From contig OZ240211.1 of NCBI GenBank assembly GCA_965197525.1, forward strand, positions 1,728,001 to 1,792,000: a stretch of 64,000 bases of DNA. Direction: 5' to 3'. Of the stretch, positions 19,238 through 29,342 are shown one piece after another. The notes below the pieces were generated by a model, which saw only the letters and a program-made list of their open reading frames with translations, was not told the DNA's origin and did no database searches. How positions within the stretch are numbered: position 1 is the stretch's first letter; every line of letters starts with the position of its first letter. A program made the translations under genes and the position numbers. Origin of the DNA: Nitrosopumilus sp. Its GTDB lineage: Archaea > Thermoproteota > Nitrososphaeria > Nitrososphaerales > Nitrosopumilaceae.

Positions 19238-20407
19238 TCACTCCACCTCTGCTTGGTCAAGTTTTGTCATTATCTTTACAATATCTTTTTTTATCTCATC
19301 TAAATCTTGTATATCGCCATCACCATCATCAAATTCTACATCTGTTGTAACTGGGTTTTCTTCTAAAGATAATTTAGAGCTCGTGTCTGTTTTATCGGGA
19401 TCTATCACTGCTACAGGTTTAGGCATCGCTATTGAGGTGCGTGTTTTTTCAAGTTGATTTTCTGGTTTTTGTACCATTGCTTGCATTATCTGAATTTTGT
19501 CTTCTGTACTTTGTATTGGTACTTTTCCATCTATCTCTTCTTCTATTGGTAATATCTTGCCTGTTTGCACGGATTCTGATATTGCCAGTGCCGATTTTTT
19601 TGTACTAGCTGTTTCTGGTAACGTTCCGACCTCTGTTTGGCTATCCACTTTTGGTAACACCGGCGCTACTACTGCCGTAACCGATGCTGCAGGTGCTGCT
19701 ACTGCCGTAACCGATGCGGTAGGTGCTGCCGTAACCGATGCTGCAGCTGCTGTTACCGCCTTTCCAACCTCTGTTTGGTTATCCACTTTTGGTAGCACAG
19801 GTGCTGCTGTTACCGCCGTTCCAACTTTAGTTTCAATGTTTTTTGATTGTGGTACTGACTCTTTCGTCAGCGTTGGCTCTTTTTGGCCTATCGATATCTT
19901 TGATTTTTCACTAATTCCATCTTTTAATTCCTGTGTCTTCTCTGAACTGTTCTCTACTGTTTTTGTAATGTCTGGTTGCTTTATTTTTGGCAATTCTTGT
20001 TTTGATGCCTCTTGCATCTTTGCTGATATCTCGTCTAACCTGCCATCCAATTTTGATAATTTCTTATCCATTAGCGCAGCCAAACTGTTGCTTACTAGAT
20101 TAAAGTCTGGATGTTCTCTTGCCTGTTCTAGTCTGTCTAATTTTTCTGTTACAATCTTTAATTGATACTGGTATTTTGCTAGTAGTTTGTCTTTTTGGGC
20201 ATTGGTAATATCCGGGCTGTCTTTGTATAGTCTTGTAATTATTTTATTGAGAATATCTCTTTCAACTTTTAGGGACGTGATCTGATTTTTAACGTGGGTG
20301 TTTACTGTGGTTTTACCTGCTTGATTCTTTTCTTTTGGAATTCGTCGCACAATGGCAGCTGTTGCAACTCCTGCTAGCGAACTAAGAATAATAGCAATTT
20401 CTTGCAT
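19238..20407 (-). CDS. membrane-anchored coiled-coil protein with low-complexity Ala/Val/Thr repeats
   Basis: N-terminal hydrophobic helix, coiled coil, internal repeats AVTAA / APVLPKVDxQTEVG, acidic C-terminus. Confidence 0.75.
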   Translation of the reverse strand: MQEIAIILSSLAGVATAAIVRRIPKEKNQAGKTTVNTHVKNQITSLKVERDILNKIITRLYKDSPDITNAQKDKLLAKYQYQLKIVTEKLDRLEQAREHPDFNLVSNSLAALMDKKLSKLDGRLDEISAKMQEASKQELPKIKQPDITKTVENSSEKTQELKDGISEKSKISIGQKEPTLTKESVPQSKNIETKVGTAVTAAPVLPKVDNQTEVGKAVTAAAASVTAAPTASVTAVAAPAASVTAVVAPVLPKVDSQTEVGTLPETASTKKSALAISESVQTGKILPIEEEIDGKVPIQSTEDKIQIMQAMVQKPENQLEKTRTSIAMPKPVAVIDPDKTDTSSKLSLEENPVTTDVEFDDGDGDIQDLDEIKKDIVKIMTKLDQAEVE

Positions 20408-20575
20408 CTATGTATACCATTTGATCCAAGAGTACTTTCTGCGTTTAGCATCTGGAAATCCACAACTGGCACACTGATAATGACGTTTATGAAGCGAATT
20501 CTTGCCACATCTTCTACACCTGATGTGAACCTTTTTCTTTGTAAAACCACCCATGGAAGTTGTGCCTTTTGTCAT
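20408..20575 (-). CDS. rpl37e: 50S ribosomal protein L37e
   Basis: Not in the track. [55 protein letters not shown]; canonical position downstream of Lsm. Confidence 0.96.
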   Translation of the reverse strand: MTKGTTSMGGFTKKKVHIRCRRCGKNSLHKRHYQCASCGFPDAKRRKYSWIKWYT

Positions 20576-20587
20576 CTATGATCACAC

Positions 20588-20824
20588 CTAATGGGCCACT
20601 GGCGGTGGTGATATCATAACCACGTTGTCTCCTCTGACCACAATGCTTCCAAGACTTTTAGTATCTCCTTGAGCAGAAATTTCCTCTGATGCGTCTAGTA
20701 GCAGATTCATGTGTTGGTCAAAACCTAGTAAATTACCTCTAATGGTCTTACTGCCTTTGAGTTTTATCAATACTATTTGATCAATACTTTCGTCTAATAC
20801 CTTTACTGCCATATCAACGGACAT
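20588..20824 (-). CDS. Sm-like archaeal protein (SmAP/Lsm)
   Basis: Sm1 IRGNLLGFDQHMNLLL; Sm2 IVVRGDNV. Confidence 0.95.
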   Translation of the reverse strand: MSVDMAVKVLDESIDQIVLIKLKGSKTIRGNLLGFDQHMNLLLDASEEISAQGDTKSLGSIVVRGDNVVMISPPPVAH

Positions 20825-20872
20825 CTATATCACTCACTTTATGTGGTGTAAAAGGATTATATTAAAATTTCA

Positions 20873-21625
20873 TTAGCGCACTTGTGATATATCGTTATTT
20901 AGGCACACTTGCAATATTTTTTTTCTAATATTTTGAACAATCTGCGATAAAATCCTTTCTCCATCTACCTTGGTTGCTTTCCTTGGATCTCCCCAAACCC
21001 CGTTCTCAGTAACTTGGATAAACGACTTGTTTGCAATCTTGTTAATCTTTGCTACCTCCCTCTTTGACATCTTATCTGTTATCAGTCCTTTTTTTGCCAA
21101 TCTCATCTTTACATTCTTTGAGATTGCAAGCATTAGCGATGTTTCTACAAACCCTGCATGATCAAACTCCCTTGTCATAAAATGCCAGTAAGACAGCACA
21201 GATACCCTGAGTCTACCTTTTGATCTCTCTTTGAGTTTTGCATCCAAATTCTTTATTGCCTTGAGATTTCCATGATGGCCGTTAATTATGAAGACTGTTC
21301 TGATATTATTTGATAAAAGCGACAGGCACAAGTCAATTAAAACACTGCGTAGCGTTGATTCCCTGATGCTTAGATTGAAAAATGGCGCATGCTCAAATGA
21401 TACTCCGTAGTTTATTGTTGGCAACAACATATATCTGTCCTTCTCTGAGACTTGTCTTGCAATCTCTGTAACAATATCTGAATCGACTGATACCGGTAAG
21501 TGTGGTCCGTGCTGTTCAATGGCGCCTATTGGAATTATTGCAACTTGGTGATTCTTCTTCTTCTTTGCTATATCTTCTCGTATCTTGGGATCAAACTGCT
21601 CTCTGATCTCTGTCATCTGAATCAC
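20873..21625 (-). CDS. creatininase/ArfB-family amidohydrolase
   Basis: PIGAIEQHGPHLP, D-S-D, GVSFEH, INGHHGN, DHAGFVETS. Confidence 0.88.
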   Translation of the reverse strand: MIQMTEIREQFDPKIREDIAKKKKNHQVAIIPIGAIEQHGPHLPVSVDSDIVTEIARQVSEKDRYMLLPTINYGVSFEHAPFFNLSIRESTLRSVLIDLCLSLLSNNIRTVFIINGHHGNLKAIKNLDAKLKERSKGRLRVSVLSYWHFMTREFDHAGFVETSLMLAISKNVKMRLAKKGLITDKMSKREVAKINKIANKSFIQVTENGVWGDPRKATKVDGERILSQIVQNIRKKILQVCLNNDISQVR

Positions 21626-22464
21626 TTTGATTTAATGTGGACTTTTCTCCAACGAACTTCAAGTTTGTTTTGGAGGTGCATCTTTATTGCCTTGAGCAGT
21701 GTCTCTGCTTCAAGCTTCTGCCCCTTTTCTTTTATCTCTTTTAGTGTATTCTTTGGATCTACCTTGAAGGAATCCTGAAGTATGATGGGTCCTTGATCTA
21801 GATTTTCTGTCACGTAATGTGTTGTAACTCCTACAATCTTTGTTCCTCTTTCATATGCTTGTGCATAAGCTAAAGCACCTGGAAACGCAGGCAGCACTGA
21901 TGGATGTATGTTTATAATTCTATTTGGGTACCTCCAAACAAAATTTGGTGTTAGAATTCTCATATACCTTGCAAGAACGATCAGATCAATGTCATATTTT
22001 TTACATATCTTTATGATCTTCTCTTCTGCATCTGTTTGAATTTTTTCATTTATTGTGACAAACGGAATATTTGCTTTTTTAGCCAACGCTTCTAATGTTT
22101 TTTCAGTACCTATAACTACCGATATATTTCCTTTTAGGGTTTTTGCGTTATTGAGGATCTTTTCAAGACAAAGCGGTTCTTTTGTTACTAGTACTGCAAT
22201 ATTTTTCTGTGAGTTAGTCTCATAATGTACACTTGCATCCATGCTCTCTTTTTTAGCTAGATTCTGGATTTCGGTATCGAATTTTTTGACGTTGATCTTT
22301 TTTGAGAAAGATATTTCCAGATACATTCCAAAAACTCCTTCTATTACATTTTGATTTACTTTCTCAATATTTCCGTTTTGAGCGAATGCGAAATTTGTAA
22401 ATGACGCCACTATTCCTTCTCTGTCTTTTCCCACTATGGTAATTCCAATCGTTGTCTTTTTCAT
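21622..22464 (-). CDS. purU: formyltetrahydrofolate deformylase
   Basis: N-terminal ACT domain (GKDREGIVA), LARYMRIL, INIHPSVLPAFPG, LDQGPII. Confidence 0.95.
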   Translation of the reverse strand: MKKTTIGITIVGKDREGIVASFTNFAFAQNGNIEKVNQNVIEGVFGMYLEISFSKKINVKKFDTEIQNLAKKESMDASVHYETNSQKNIAVLVTKEPLCLEKILNNAKTLKGNISVVIGTEKTLEALAKKANIPFVTINEKIQTDAEEKIIKICKKYDIDLIVLARYMRILTPNFVWRYPNRIINIHPSVLPAFPGALAYAQAYERGTKIVGVTTHYVTENLDQGPIILQDSFKVDPKNTLKEIKEKGQKLEAETLLKAIKMHLQNKLEVRWRKVHIKSK

Positions 22465-23607
22465 GATCTTTTACCATGTCTTCTTTTTATTAACCATTCA
22501 CTAAGGATCAGTGTCTCGTGTTATCGTATTGTAAGGCATTTGTATCTGAAAATATTCTATCTCTAATTGTTTTGAGCATTTTATTATCTGTAATCTCAGT
22601 CTCGTTTGTGTGCCTGCTACCGATATAGTGAGAAGGAAATAATGGCGTAGAAACATCAAAAACCTTAGACACACGATTTCATCTCAGCGTACTAAAAAAC
22701 TTCATGGCACATGAGACCATCCTGACCTTGTATTGATCGCTTGCAGGTTTTGCAATCTAGATGCTGGCATTTGACATCATCTATTCATTATAATAATCAT
22801 GGATATATGCCGCATAAAGTACTTGGCATTTAAAACAATGGGTTTTGACCCAGATTTTCAATGCCATTTTAAAGAAACTGAGGACGCTTGTTTGATGAAA
22901 ACCGTGTCTGTTAGCGGAGTTATCTGATTGCATATAACGCAAATTCTTTTGTTGCAAATCTGCAATGAATTTGCCAAATGCGGGTTCGTGGGACACGTAC
23001 ACATTATCTATTTCCTGCAAAGATCCTGTCATGATTCTGCGCCGTTTAACCTTGCCTCTGACTGAATAATGCGTGATCTCTATAATCAAAAACTTGGATT
23101 CCATCAAGGGATCTAACCACATACTGGTATCTGCCTCAAACAAATCATTCTTAGGCAAAATCCTCAAACGAGAAAACAATACTATTGAGCGTGTATTTGG
23201 CTCTATTGCAGTAAAGGCAATCTCTGTTTTGTATATCTAACTGTTTACTCATTTGTGTCTGCTTTGACGAATACTTCAATATGAGAACTTCCAGTGATCC
23301 CTGCTGCAGCAATTATTGCGATCGGGATTGCCAAGGCAGATAATTCAATCAATTCTAATAAACTCAACCCAAAGATGGAGCTTATCTCTGTTATCATTTG
23401 GAATTACCGTTCACCGTATCTCTCCACAGCTCCTGATAATCTGACATAACCATTAAAAATAGTTTAATATCTATGAATGATAGAGTCGTGTAATGTTTTT
23501 TAAACTACAAGGTACTTGCAGGACCGGTGCGTAATTCTGCCCGTCATATCGTACGCACTCTCAGATGTATATGCGATAAACTATGTACCAGTTTTGGTGC
23601 TGTCAAA

Positions 23608-26100
23608 ATGATATCTGTCCAAAGATTGGTAGTTATATCGTCATTATTATTGCTTTTTGTTGTGACTGTATCGTATGTATCATATGAGGCGTACGTCGAT
23701 ACAAATCCCTTCATAACTATCTGGAAAACGACCGAAACTAACGAATCCATAACTATCCCGGTGGGCGGCGCATCCGACACATACACAGTCAACTGGGGTG
23801 ATGGAACTATGTCTGCCGGTGTTACAGGAGATCAAATACACCAGTACACTACTGCAGGAAATTATACAGTCAGTATATCGGGCAACTTTGAACGAATTTA
23901 TCTTGGCGGTAACTCGGTTAATGCAAAAAAACTACAGTCAATTGAGCAGTGGGGCGATATCACGTGGTCTACGATGAACTTGGCGTTCCATACCACTTCA
24001 AACATGGTCTACAACGCTGTCGATTTACCAAACCTCTCAAGTGTGACTGACATGTCAGGCATGTTCAGTAGTTCCTCCTTCAACGGCGACATCTCCGGGT
24101 GGGACGTCTCGTCTGTAACTAACATGTCCTACATGTTCAGTGATTCTTACTTCAACGGCGACATCTCCGGGTGGGACGTCTCGTCTGTAACTAACATGTC
24201 CTACATGTTCATGAACTCAGATTACAAAGACTACACCGTCATTTGGGACGTCTCGTCGGTAAGCGACATGATAGATGTGTTCTGGCGAAATGATTTTAGC
24301 AGTACTTTCAAGTACGATTACGCCTTCAACGGCGACATCTCCGGGTGGGACGTCTCGTCGGTAACTGACATGTCAGGCATGTTCTGGCTTTCCGCCTTCA
24401 ACGGCGACATCTCCGGGTGGGACGTCTCGTCGGTAACTGACATGTCAGGCATGTTCGGAGATGCATCCTTCAACGGCGACATCTCCGGGTGGGACGTCTC
24501 GTCTGTAACTAACATGTCCTACATGTTCAGTGATTCTTACTTCAACGGCGACATCTCCGGGTGGGACGTCTCGTCGGTAACTAACATGTCAGGCATATTC
24601 TTGCGTTCATTCTTCAACGGCGACATCTCCGGGTGGGACGTCTCGTCGGTAACTAACATGTCAGGCATATTCTTGCGTTCATTCTTCAACGGCGACATCT
24701 CCGGGTGGGACGTCTCGTCTGTAACTAACATGTCCTACATGTTAAGTGATTCTTACTCCATAGACGACATCTCCGGGTGGGACGTCTCGTCTGTAACTAA
24801 CATGTCCTACATGTTCGGAAGAGCATTCTTCAACGGCGACATCTCCGGGTGGGACGTCTCGTCGGTAAATGACATCTCCTACATGTTCTTGCGTTCCTCC
24901 TTCAACGGCGACATCTCCGAGTGGGACGTCTCGTCGGTAACTAACATGTCAGGCATGTTCAGAGATACATCCTTCAACGGCGACATCTCCGAGTGGGACG
25001 TCTCGTCGGTAACTAACATGTACGGCATGTTCCTAGACTCATCCTTCAACGGCGACATCTCCGGGTGGGACGTCTCGTCGGTAACTAACATGTCTGAAAT
25101 GTTAAGTAGCCCATCCTTCAACGGCGACATCTCCGAGTGGGACGTCTCGTCGGTAACTAACATGTCTCACGTGTTCAGTAACTCAGCTTTCAACGGCGAC
25201 ATCTCCGAGTGGGACGTCTCGTCGGTAACTAACATGTCCTACATGTTCAATAATTCTCACTTCAACGGCGACATCTCCGGGTGGGACGTCTCGTCTGTAA
25301 CTAACATGTCCGCCATGTTCGCTAATTCTCACTTCAACGGCGACATCTCCGGATGGGATGTCTCGTCGGTAACTAGCATGACTGCCATGTTCTTGTACTC
25401 CTCTTTCAACGGCGACATCTCCGAGTGGGACGTCTCGTCTGTAACTAACATGTCTCACGTGTTCAGTAACTCAGCTTTCAACGGCGACATCTCCGGATGG
25501 GACGTCTCGTCTGTAACTAGCATGTATCGCATGTTCTCGTCCTCCTCCTTCAACGGCGACATCTCCGAGTGGGACGTCTCGTCTGTAACTAGCATGACCT
25601 CCCTGTTCTCATACTCCTCCTTCAACGGCGACATCTCCGAGTGGGACGTCTCGTCTGTAACTAACATGTCCTACATGTTCAATAATTCTCACTTCAACGG
25701 CGACATCTCCGGATGGGATGTCTCGTCGGTAAATGACATGTTTCACGTGTTCAGTAACTCAGCTTTCAACGGCGACCTCGGCAACTGGTACATTACGCTT
25801 GATAACACATCGATTGCCAAAATTCCAGGGACAGTCATAAACATCATAGCGCAGAACAGATTCCTTGTAGACCAAAGACTCGTATACGGTATTGGATCCG
25901 GTGACGGCTCGGAATATTTTGACATAAACGGTACCGAATTGATCCTGATGGCTACTCCAGATGACAGTCCGGTCACCGTTAACATAACCTCTACCATAAG
26001 CAGTCGCATCTACGACGTAAACAACAGCGTCTACAACATAGGCATTAGTGGGACCCATTCTCGCATATTTGAGATAACTTTCACACCAATACCACCTTGA
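23608..26100 (+). CDS. BspA/DUF285-family surface protein with 24-aa repeat array
   Basis: N-terminal TM/signal (ATG 23608), PKD-like FITIWKTT...VNWGDG, about 22 FNGDISxWDVSSVTxMxxMF units, C-terminal beta-rich domain. Confidence 0.9.
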   Translation: MISVQRLVVISSLLLLFVVTVSYVSYEAYVDTNPFITIWKTTETNESITIPVGGASDTYTVNWGDGTMSAGVTGDQIHQYTTAGNYTVSISGNFERIYLGGNSVNAKKLQSIEQWGDITWSTMNLAFHTTSNMVYNAVDLPNLSSVTDMSGMFSSSSFNGDISGWDVSSVTNMSYMFSDSYFNGDISGWDVSSVTNMSYMFMNSDYKDYTVIWDVSSVSDMIDVFWRNDFSSTFKYDYAFNGDISGWDVSSVTDMSGMFWLSAFNGDISGWDVSSVTDMSGMFGDASFNGDISGWDVSSVTNMSYMFSDSYFNGDISGWDVSSVTNMSGIFLRSFFNGDISGWDVSSVTNMSGIFLRSFFNGDISGWDVSSVTNMSYMLSDSYSIDDISGWDVSSVTNMSYMFGRAFFNGDISGWDVSSVNDISYMFLRSSFNGDISEWDVSSVTNMSGMFRDTSFNGDISEWDVSSVTNMYGMFLDSSFNGDISGWDVSSVTNMSEMLSSPSFNGDISEWDVSSVTNMSHVFSNSAFNGDISEWDVSSVTNMSYMFNNSHFNGDISGWDVSSVTNMSAMFANSHFNGDISGWDVSSVTSMTAMFLYSSFNGDISEWDVSSVTNMSHVFSNSAFNGDISGWDVSSVTSMYRMFSSSSFNGDISEWDVSSVTSMTSLFSYSSFNGDISEWDVSSVTNMSYMFNNSHFNGDISGWDVSSVNDMFHVFSNSAFNGDLGNWYITLDNTSIAKIPGTVINIIAQNRFLVDQRLVYGIGSGDGSEYFDINGTELILMATPDDSPVTVNITSTISSRIYDVNNSVYNIGISGTHSRIFEITFTPIPP
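24079..25790 (+). repeat. coding tandem array of about 22 full 72-nt units plus degenerate units
   Basis: Consensus TTCAACGGCGACATCTCCGRRTGGGAYGTCTCGTCKGTAA followed by a variable segment; 24541-24612 equals 24613-24684, and 24079-24150 equals 24469-24540. Confidence 0.95.
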
Positions 26101-26650
26101 CAACATACCTCTGGGCTACATCGATCGAGAGACGTAGTTTTGTAGCTCAAATCACATACAACCAGATCTAGTCTATCGCGCGATTTTTTGTCCTTTAGAA
26201 AGTTGTTTAGTGTGTTCAATAATACACAATCATAAATTACATTTAAAGATAAAAAAATCCCAAATTCAGTTGTTAAAAAAAATAGATATTTTAAAAAACA
26301 AGTACATCCATATAATCATGATATCTCAAATGATGCATAATGATTTACTATTTTTGTTAAAAGATTCTATGAAAATCAAAGTTAAAAAATCATTTAGGTG
26401 AACTTGAACCGTACAACTAATTAATTACCATATACTGTACTGTCAACTTTGTATTTGTACCAATGTAATGTTAGATGATCTTACATGCAGCAGCAGCAGT
26501 ATCTAATAAACACATGTGCACAAACGCAGAGGTCATCCAAGTCCAAACAAAAGATAAATCTATAATTACACAAATCACATCTTTGAAGTTTTTTTTCTGA
26601 GAATTGTATTATATATCAAGTGTCATGTCTCACACCATCTATAGCTGTTT

Positions 26651-27124
26651 CTACTCTTTTAGCCATCTTACCAAGGCCTTGTTTGGATCTGCAATCTCGT
26701 CTATATTTGTATAATACCAGTCCTTCCAATCTTTTTTTGGCAGACCGGTAAACAACATTAGGTTAAGGGGGTATGTATCACTGTCAGTACACCTGCGAAA
26801 ATCATCACGAAACAAAAAAATCTCTTTGCCCCACGCGATTGCCATACCAAGCTCAACCATCACACCCTCGTCAGGTGGTGTTCCATTGACTACTGCAAAT
26901 ATGCCATCTGCGTCTCTGACATCCTGCATGTCAGATCGGCCTATCTCATAAGGGCTGTTGCTTTTTGGCCCATCATTTTGGTTGTTTCGCTCAAAAGGTT
27001 CCCATACCTCTGCTCCGAGTCCGCTTAACATCTTTACAAGATCCTGAAGCGGTCCTGTTTTTTGCTGTAAAGAAAATCCATACTGGTTTGCAAGATAAAG
27101 TGTTTTTTTTGCCACTATCTGCAT
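26651..27124 (-). CDS. nucleoside 2-deoxyribosyltransferase-family protein (N-glycosidase fold)
   Basis: LYLANQYGFS, VWEPF, D-x-x-D-x-x-x-AD, DEGVMVELGMAIAWGK, NLML. Confidence 0.85.
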   Translation of the reverse strand: MQIVAKKTLYLANQYGFSLQQKTGPLQDLVKMLSGLGAEVWEPFERNNQNDGPKSNSPYEIGRSDMQDVRDADGIFAVVNGTPPDEGVMVELGMAIAWGKEIFLFRDDFRRCTDSDTYPLNLMLFTGLPKKDWKDWYYTNIDEIADPNKALVRWLKE

Positions 27125-27157
27125 CTCTTTGCATTTTATTTGTATTTATCTAAACTG

Positions 27158-27245
27158 TGGTGCGGGAGGTGGGATTCGAACCCACGAACTCCTAAGAGAT
27201 AGGGTCCTAAACCCTACGCCTTTGGCCAGGCTGGGCGACTCCCGC
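27158..27245 (-). tRNA. tRNA-Leu(TAG), CCA encoded
   Basis: GCGGGAG/CTCCCGC-A-CCA; anticodon arm TAGGG-TTTAGGA-CCCTA; long variable arm; GGTTCGAATCC. Confidence 0.96.
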
Positions 27246-27292
27246 AACAAATCTGCCGCTAGACACAAATTTATCTATTATTACCAAGTATT

Positions 27293-28663
27293 GTGGCAAA
27301 ATTCTTTGGAACAAACGGAATCCGTGGTGTATTTCCAGACGATCTAACCTTGGAATTTATTCATGATATGACATTGTCCATTGGCACTTTCTTTAAACGA
27401 GGACCGATACTTGTTGGCTATGATGGACGTGAGTCAAGTCCTGCCATGTGCAAAATTGTCACCTCTGCTTTAAATTCCATAGGTATCGACTGTGGCGTTG
27501 CACCCGGGGTTATACCTACACCATGTCTTGAATTTGCAGCAAAAACTTTGGGATACTCTGGAGGATTGATGATTACGGCATCCCATAATCCTCCACAATA
27601 TAACGGAATCAAACCTGCAGCAAGTGATGGAGTTGAAATCTCACGCGAGGACGAACTAGTAATTGAAGACATCTACCTGCAAAAAAATTGGCTCAAATCC
27701 CAACAACAATGGGGCGTCACAAAAGCAGAATCCAGATCCATATCCACATATTTGGAAGGCGTACTATTCCACGTTGATTCGAAATCAATACAATCAAAAC
27801 AGCTTTGCATAGTTTTAGATTTGGGCAATGGCGCCCAGGCAGTCACTGCACCTGATCTATGTAAGATGTTACATTGCAAAACATTTCTCATAAATGAAAG
27901 TATTGATGGTAAATTTCCAGGACGTGGGCCAGAACCAACTCCTGAGAATCTCTCAGAGCTATCAAAAGCTGTAATTAGTCACAAAGCGGATTTGGGAATT
28001 GCATTTGATGGTGATGGAGATCGTAGTATCTTTTGTGATAATAAAGGCAACATACTGACTGGCGACAAGTCTGCATTGTTGCTATCTGATCACATCCTGC
28101 AAAAAAACCCCAACTCCTTGATAGTCACTTGTCTGAACTCTGGATCAAACATCGAAGTCTTGGCAGATTCGTTTCATTCCAAAGTCATTCGTACACGCGT
28201 TGGAAGTGTAGAGGTTTCAAGAAAGATGGTATCAACTGATGCTTTAATCGGATTTGAAGAAAACGGTGGATTTATGTACGGTAGACATAACCCGGTACGA
28301 GATGGATGTATGGCATTGGCATTGATGCTCGAGCTTTTGGCAACAACTGCAAATAAACCGCTATCTGATCATAGCAATGATGTTATTGCACGTTTGCCAT
28401 CGTCGTTTACAACAAAGACCAAGGTTGCATGCCCGCAGAATGTCGTAGTTGATGATGTTATCGCCCTTCTACAAAAAGAGCATCCTGATTCTGACATGTC
28501 TGATGGTATAAAAATTACAATTGATTCTAAAAACTGGGTCATGGTAAGACCCAGCGGCACGGAACCAATTCTTAGAATTTATGCCGAATCAGACAGTCAA
28601 TCCGGATTAGATAATATAATTTCAGAATACACTCAGAAAATCGTTGGCTTCATTTCCAGATAA
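27293..28663 (+). CDS. phosphohexomutase (PMM/PGM/GlmM)
   Basis: FFGTNGIRG, ITASHNP, FDGDGDR, GFEENGG, VRPSGTEP. Confidence 0.93.
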   Translation: MAKFFGTNGIRGVFPDDLTLEFIHDMTLSIGTFFKRGPILVGYDGRESSPAMCKIVTSALNSIGIDCGVAPGVIPTPCLEFAAKTLGYSGGLMITASHNPPQYNGIKPAASDGVEISREDELVIEDIYLQKNWLKSQQQWGVTKAESRSISTYLEGVLFHVDSKSIQSKQLCIVLDLGNGAQAVTAPDLCKMLHCKTFLINESIDGKFPGRGPEPTPENLSELSKAVISHKADLGIAFDGDGDRSIFCDNKGNILTGDKSALLLSDHILQKNPNSLIVTCLNSGSNIEVLADSFHSKVIRTRVGSVEVSRKMVSTDALIGFEENGGFMYGRHNPVRDGCMALALMLELLATTANKPLSDHSNDVIARLPSSFTTKTKVACPQNVVVDDVIALLQKEHPDSDMSDGIKITIDSKNWVMVRPSGTEPILRIYAESDSQSGLDNIISEYTQKIVGFISR

Positions 28664-28725
28664 CACTTTTAAAACCAACTACATGGATAATTATAATGGA
28701 GTCTCAACTATTAAAGTGATTAGAT

Positions 28726-29112
28726 ATGGCAAAAGGATATTATGTTAAATTTGCAACTCCTGAAGATCTTGTAAACCCAATTCTCGAGGCAGTTAGAGTC
28801 GCATCAACTAGCGGCAAAGTAAAAAAAGGAACAAATGAAGCAACCAAAGCAATTGAGCGTGGCACAAGCAAATTAATTGTTATAGCTGAAGATGTTGAGC
28901 CTCCTGAGATAGTAGCACACCTCCCAATTCTATGTGAAGAGCAAGGTACTGCATATGCATTTGTACCTAGTAAACAAGAGTTGGGCAATTCATTGGGTAT
29001 TGATATTACTTCTGCGGCTGCTGCAATTTTGGATGCTGGTGATGCACAACACATTATAGATCAGGTTGTATCGACCATTGCTAAAATTAAGGGCGGTAAG
29101 ACTGAACAATGA
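28726..29112 (+). CDS. rpl7ae: 50S ribosomal protein L7Ae
   Basis: [14 protein letters not shown]...[15 protein letters not shown]. Confidence 0.97.
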   Translation: MAKGYYVKFATPEDLVNPILEAVRVASTSGKVKKGTNEATKAIERGTSKLIVIAEDVEPPEIVAHLPILCEEQGTAYAFVPSKQELGNSLGIDITSAAAAILDAGDAQHIIDQVVSTIAKIKGGKTEQ

Positions 29113-29324
29113 GCAGTACAACATCTGAAGAAGTAGTCCAATCTGAAATTATTCAAATTGTTGGCAGAACAGGCATTGCAGGCGAGGTTATTCAAGTTAG
29201 AGTCAAAGTTCTTACTGGTAAGGATAAGGGAAGAATTCTCACAAGGAATGTAAAGGGTTCTGTTAGATTGGGTGAAATTCTCATGCTCAGAGAAACCGAA
29301 CGAGAGGCAAAAAAGATCAAATAG
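29109..29324 (+). CDS. rps28e: 30S ribosomal protein S28e
   Basis: [14 protein letters not shown]...[18 protein letters not shown]. Confidence 0.97.
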   Translation: MSSTTSEEVVQSEIIQIVGRTGIAGEVIQVRVKVLTGKDKGRILTRNVKGSVRLGEILMLRETEREAKKIK

Positions 29325-29342
29325 AGGTAGGTTGTTGTTTTT

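Noticed and set aside
17065-21625. Creatinine/hydantoin catabolic pathway from the amidohydrolase plus creatininase-family genes
   Set aside because: The genes are not co-transcribed, both families have other common roles (e.g. ArfB in riboflavin synthesis), and substrates cannot be read from motifs.
22470-23520. attL/attR copy of the tRNA-Leu 3' end, and ORF 22781-23179 as a real gene
   Set aside because: No duplicate of the tRNA end was seen. The ORF has no motif and sits among fragmented frames.
24079-25790. CRISPR-like pattern of constant repeat plus variable spacer
   Set aside because: The 72-nt period is a multiple of 3 and lies in one open frame encoding DUF285 repeats. Spacers recur and are related, and no cas genes or leader are present.
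24079-25790. Diversity-generating retroelement target
   Set aside because: No reverse transcriptase or non-coding template repeat is in the window, and variation is not confined to adenines.
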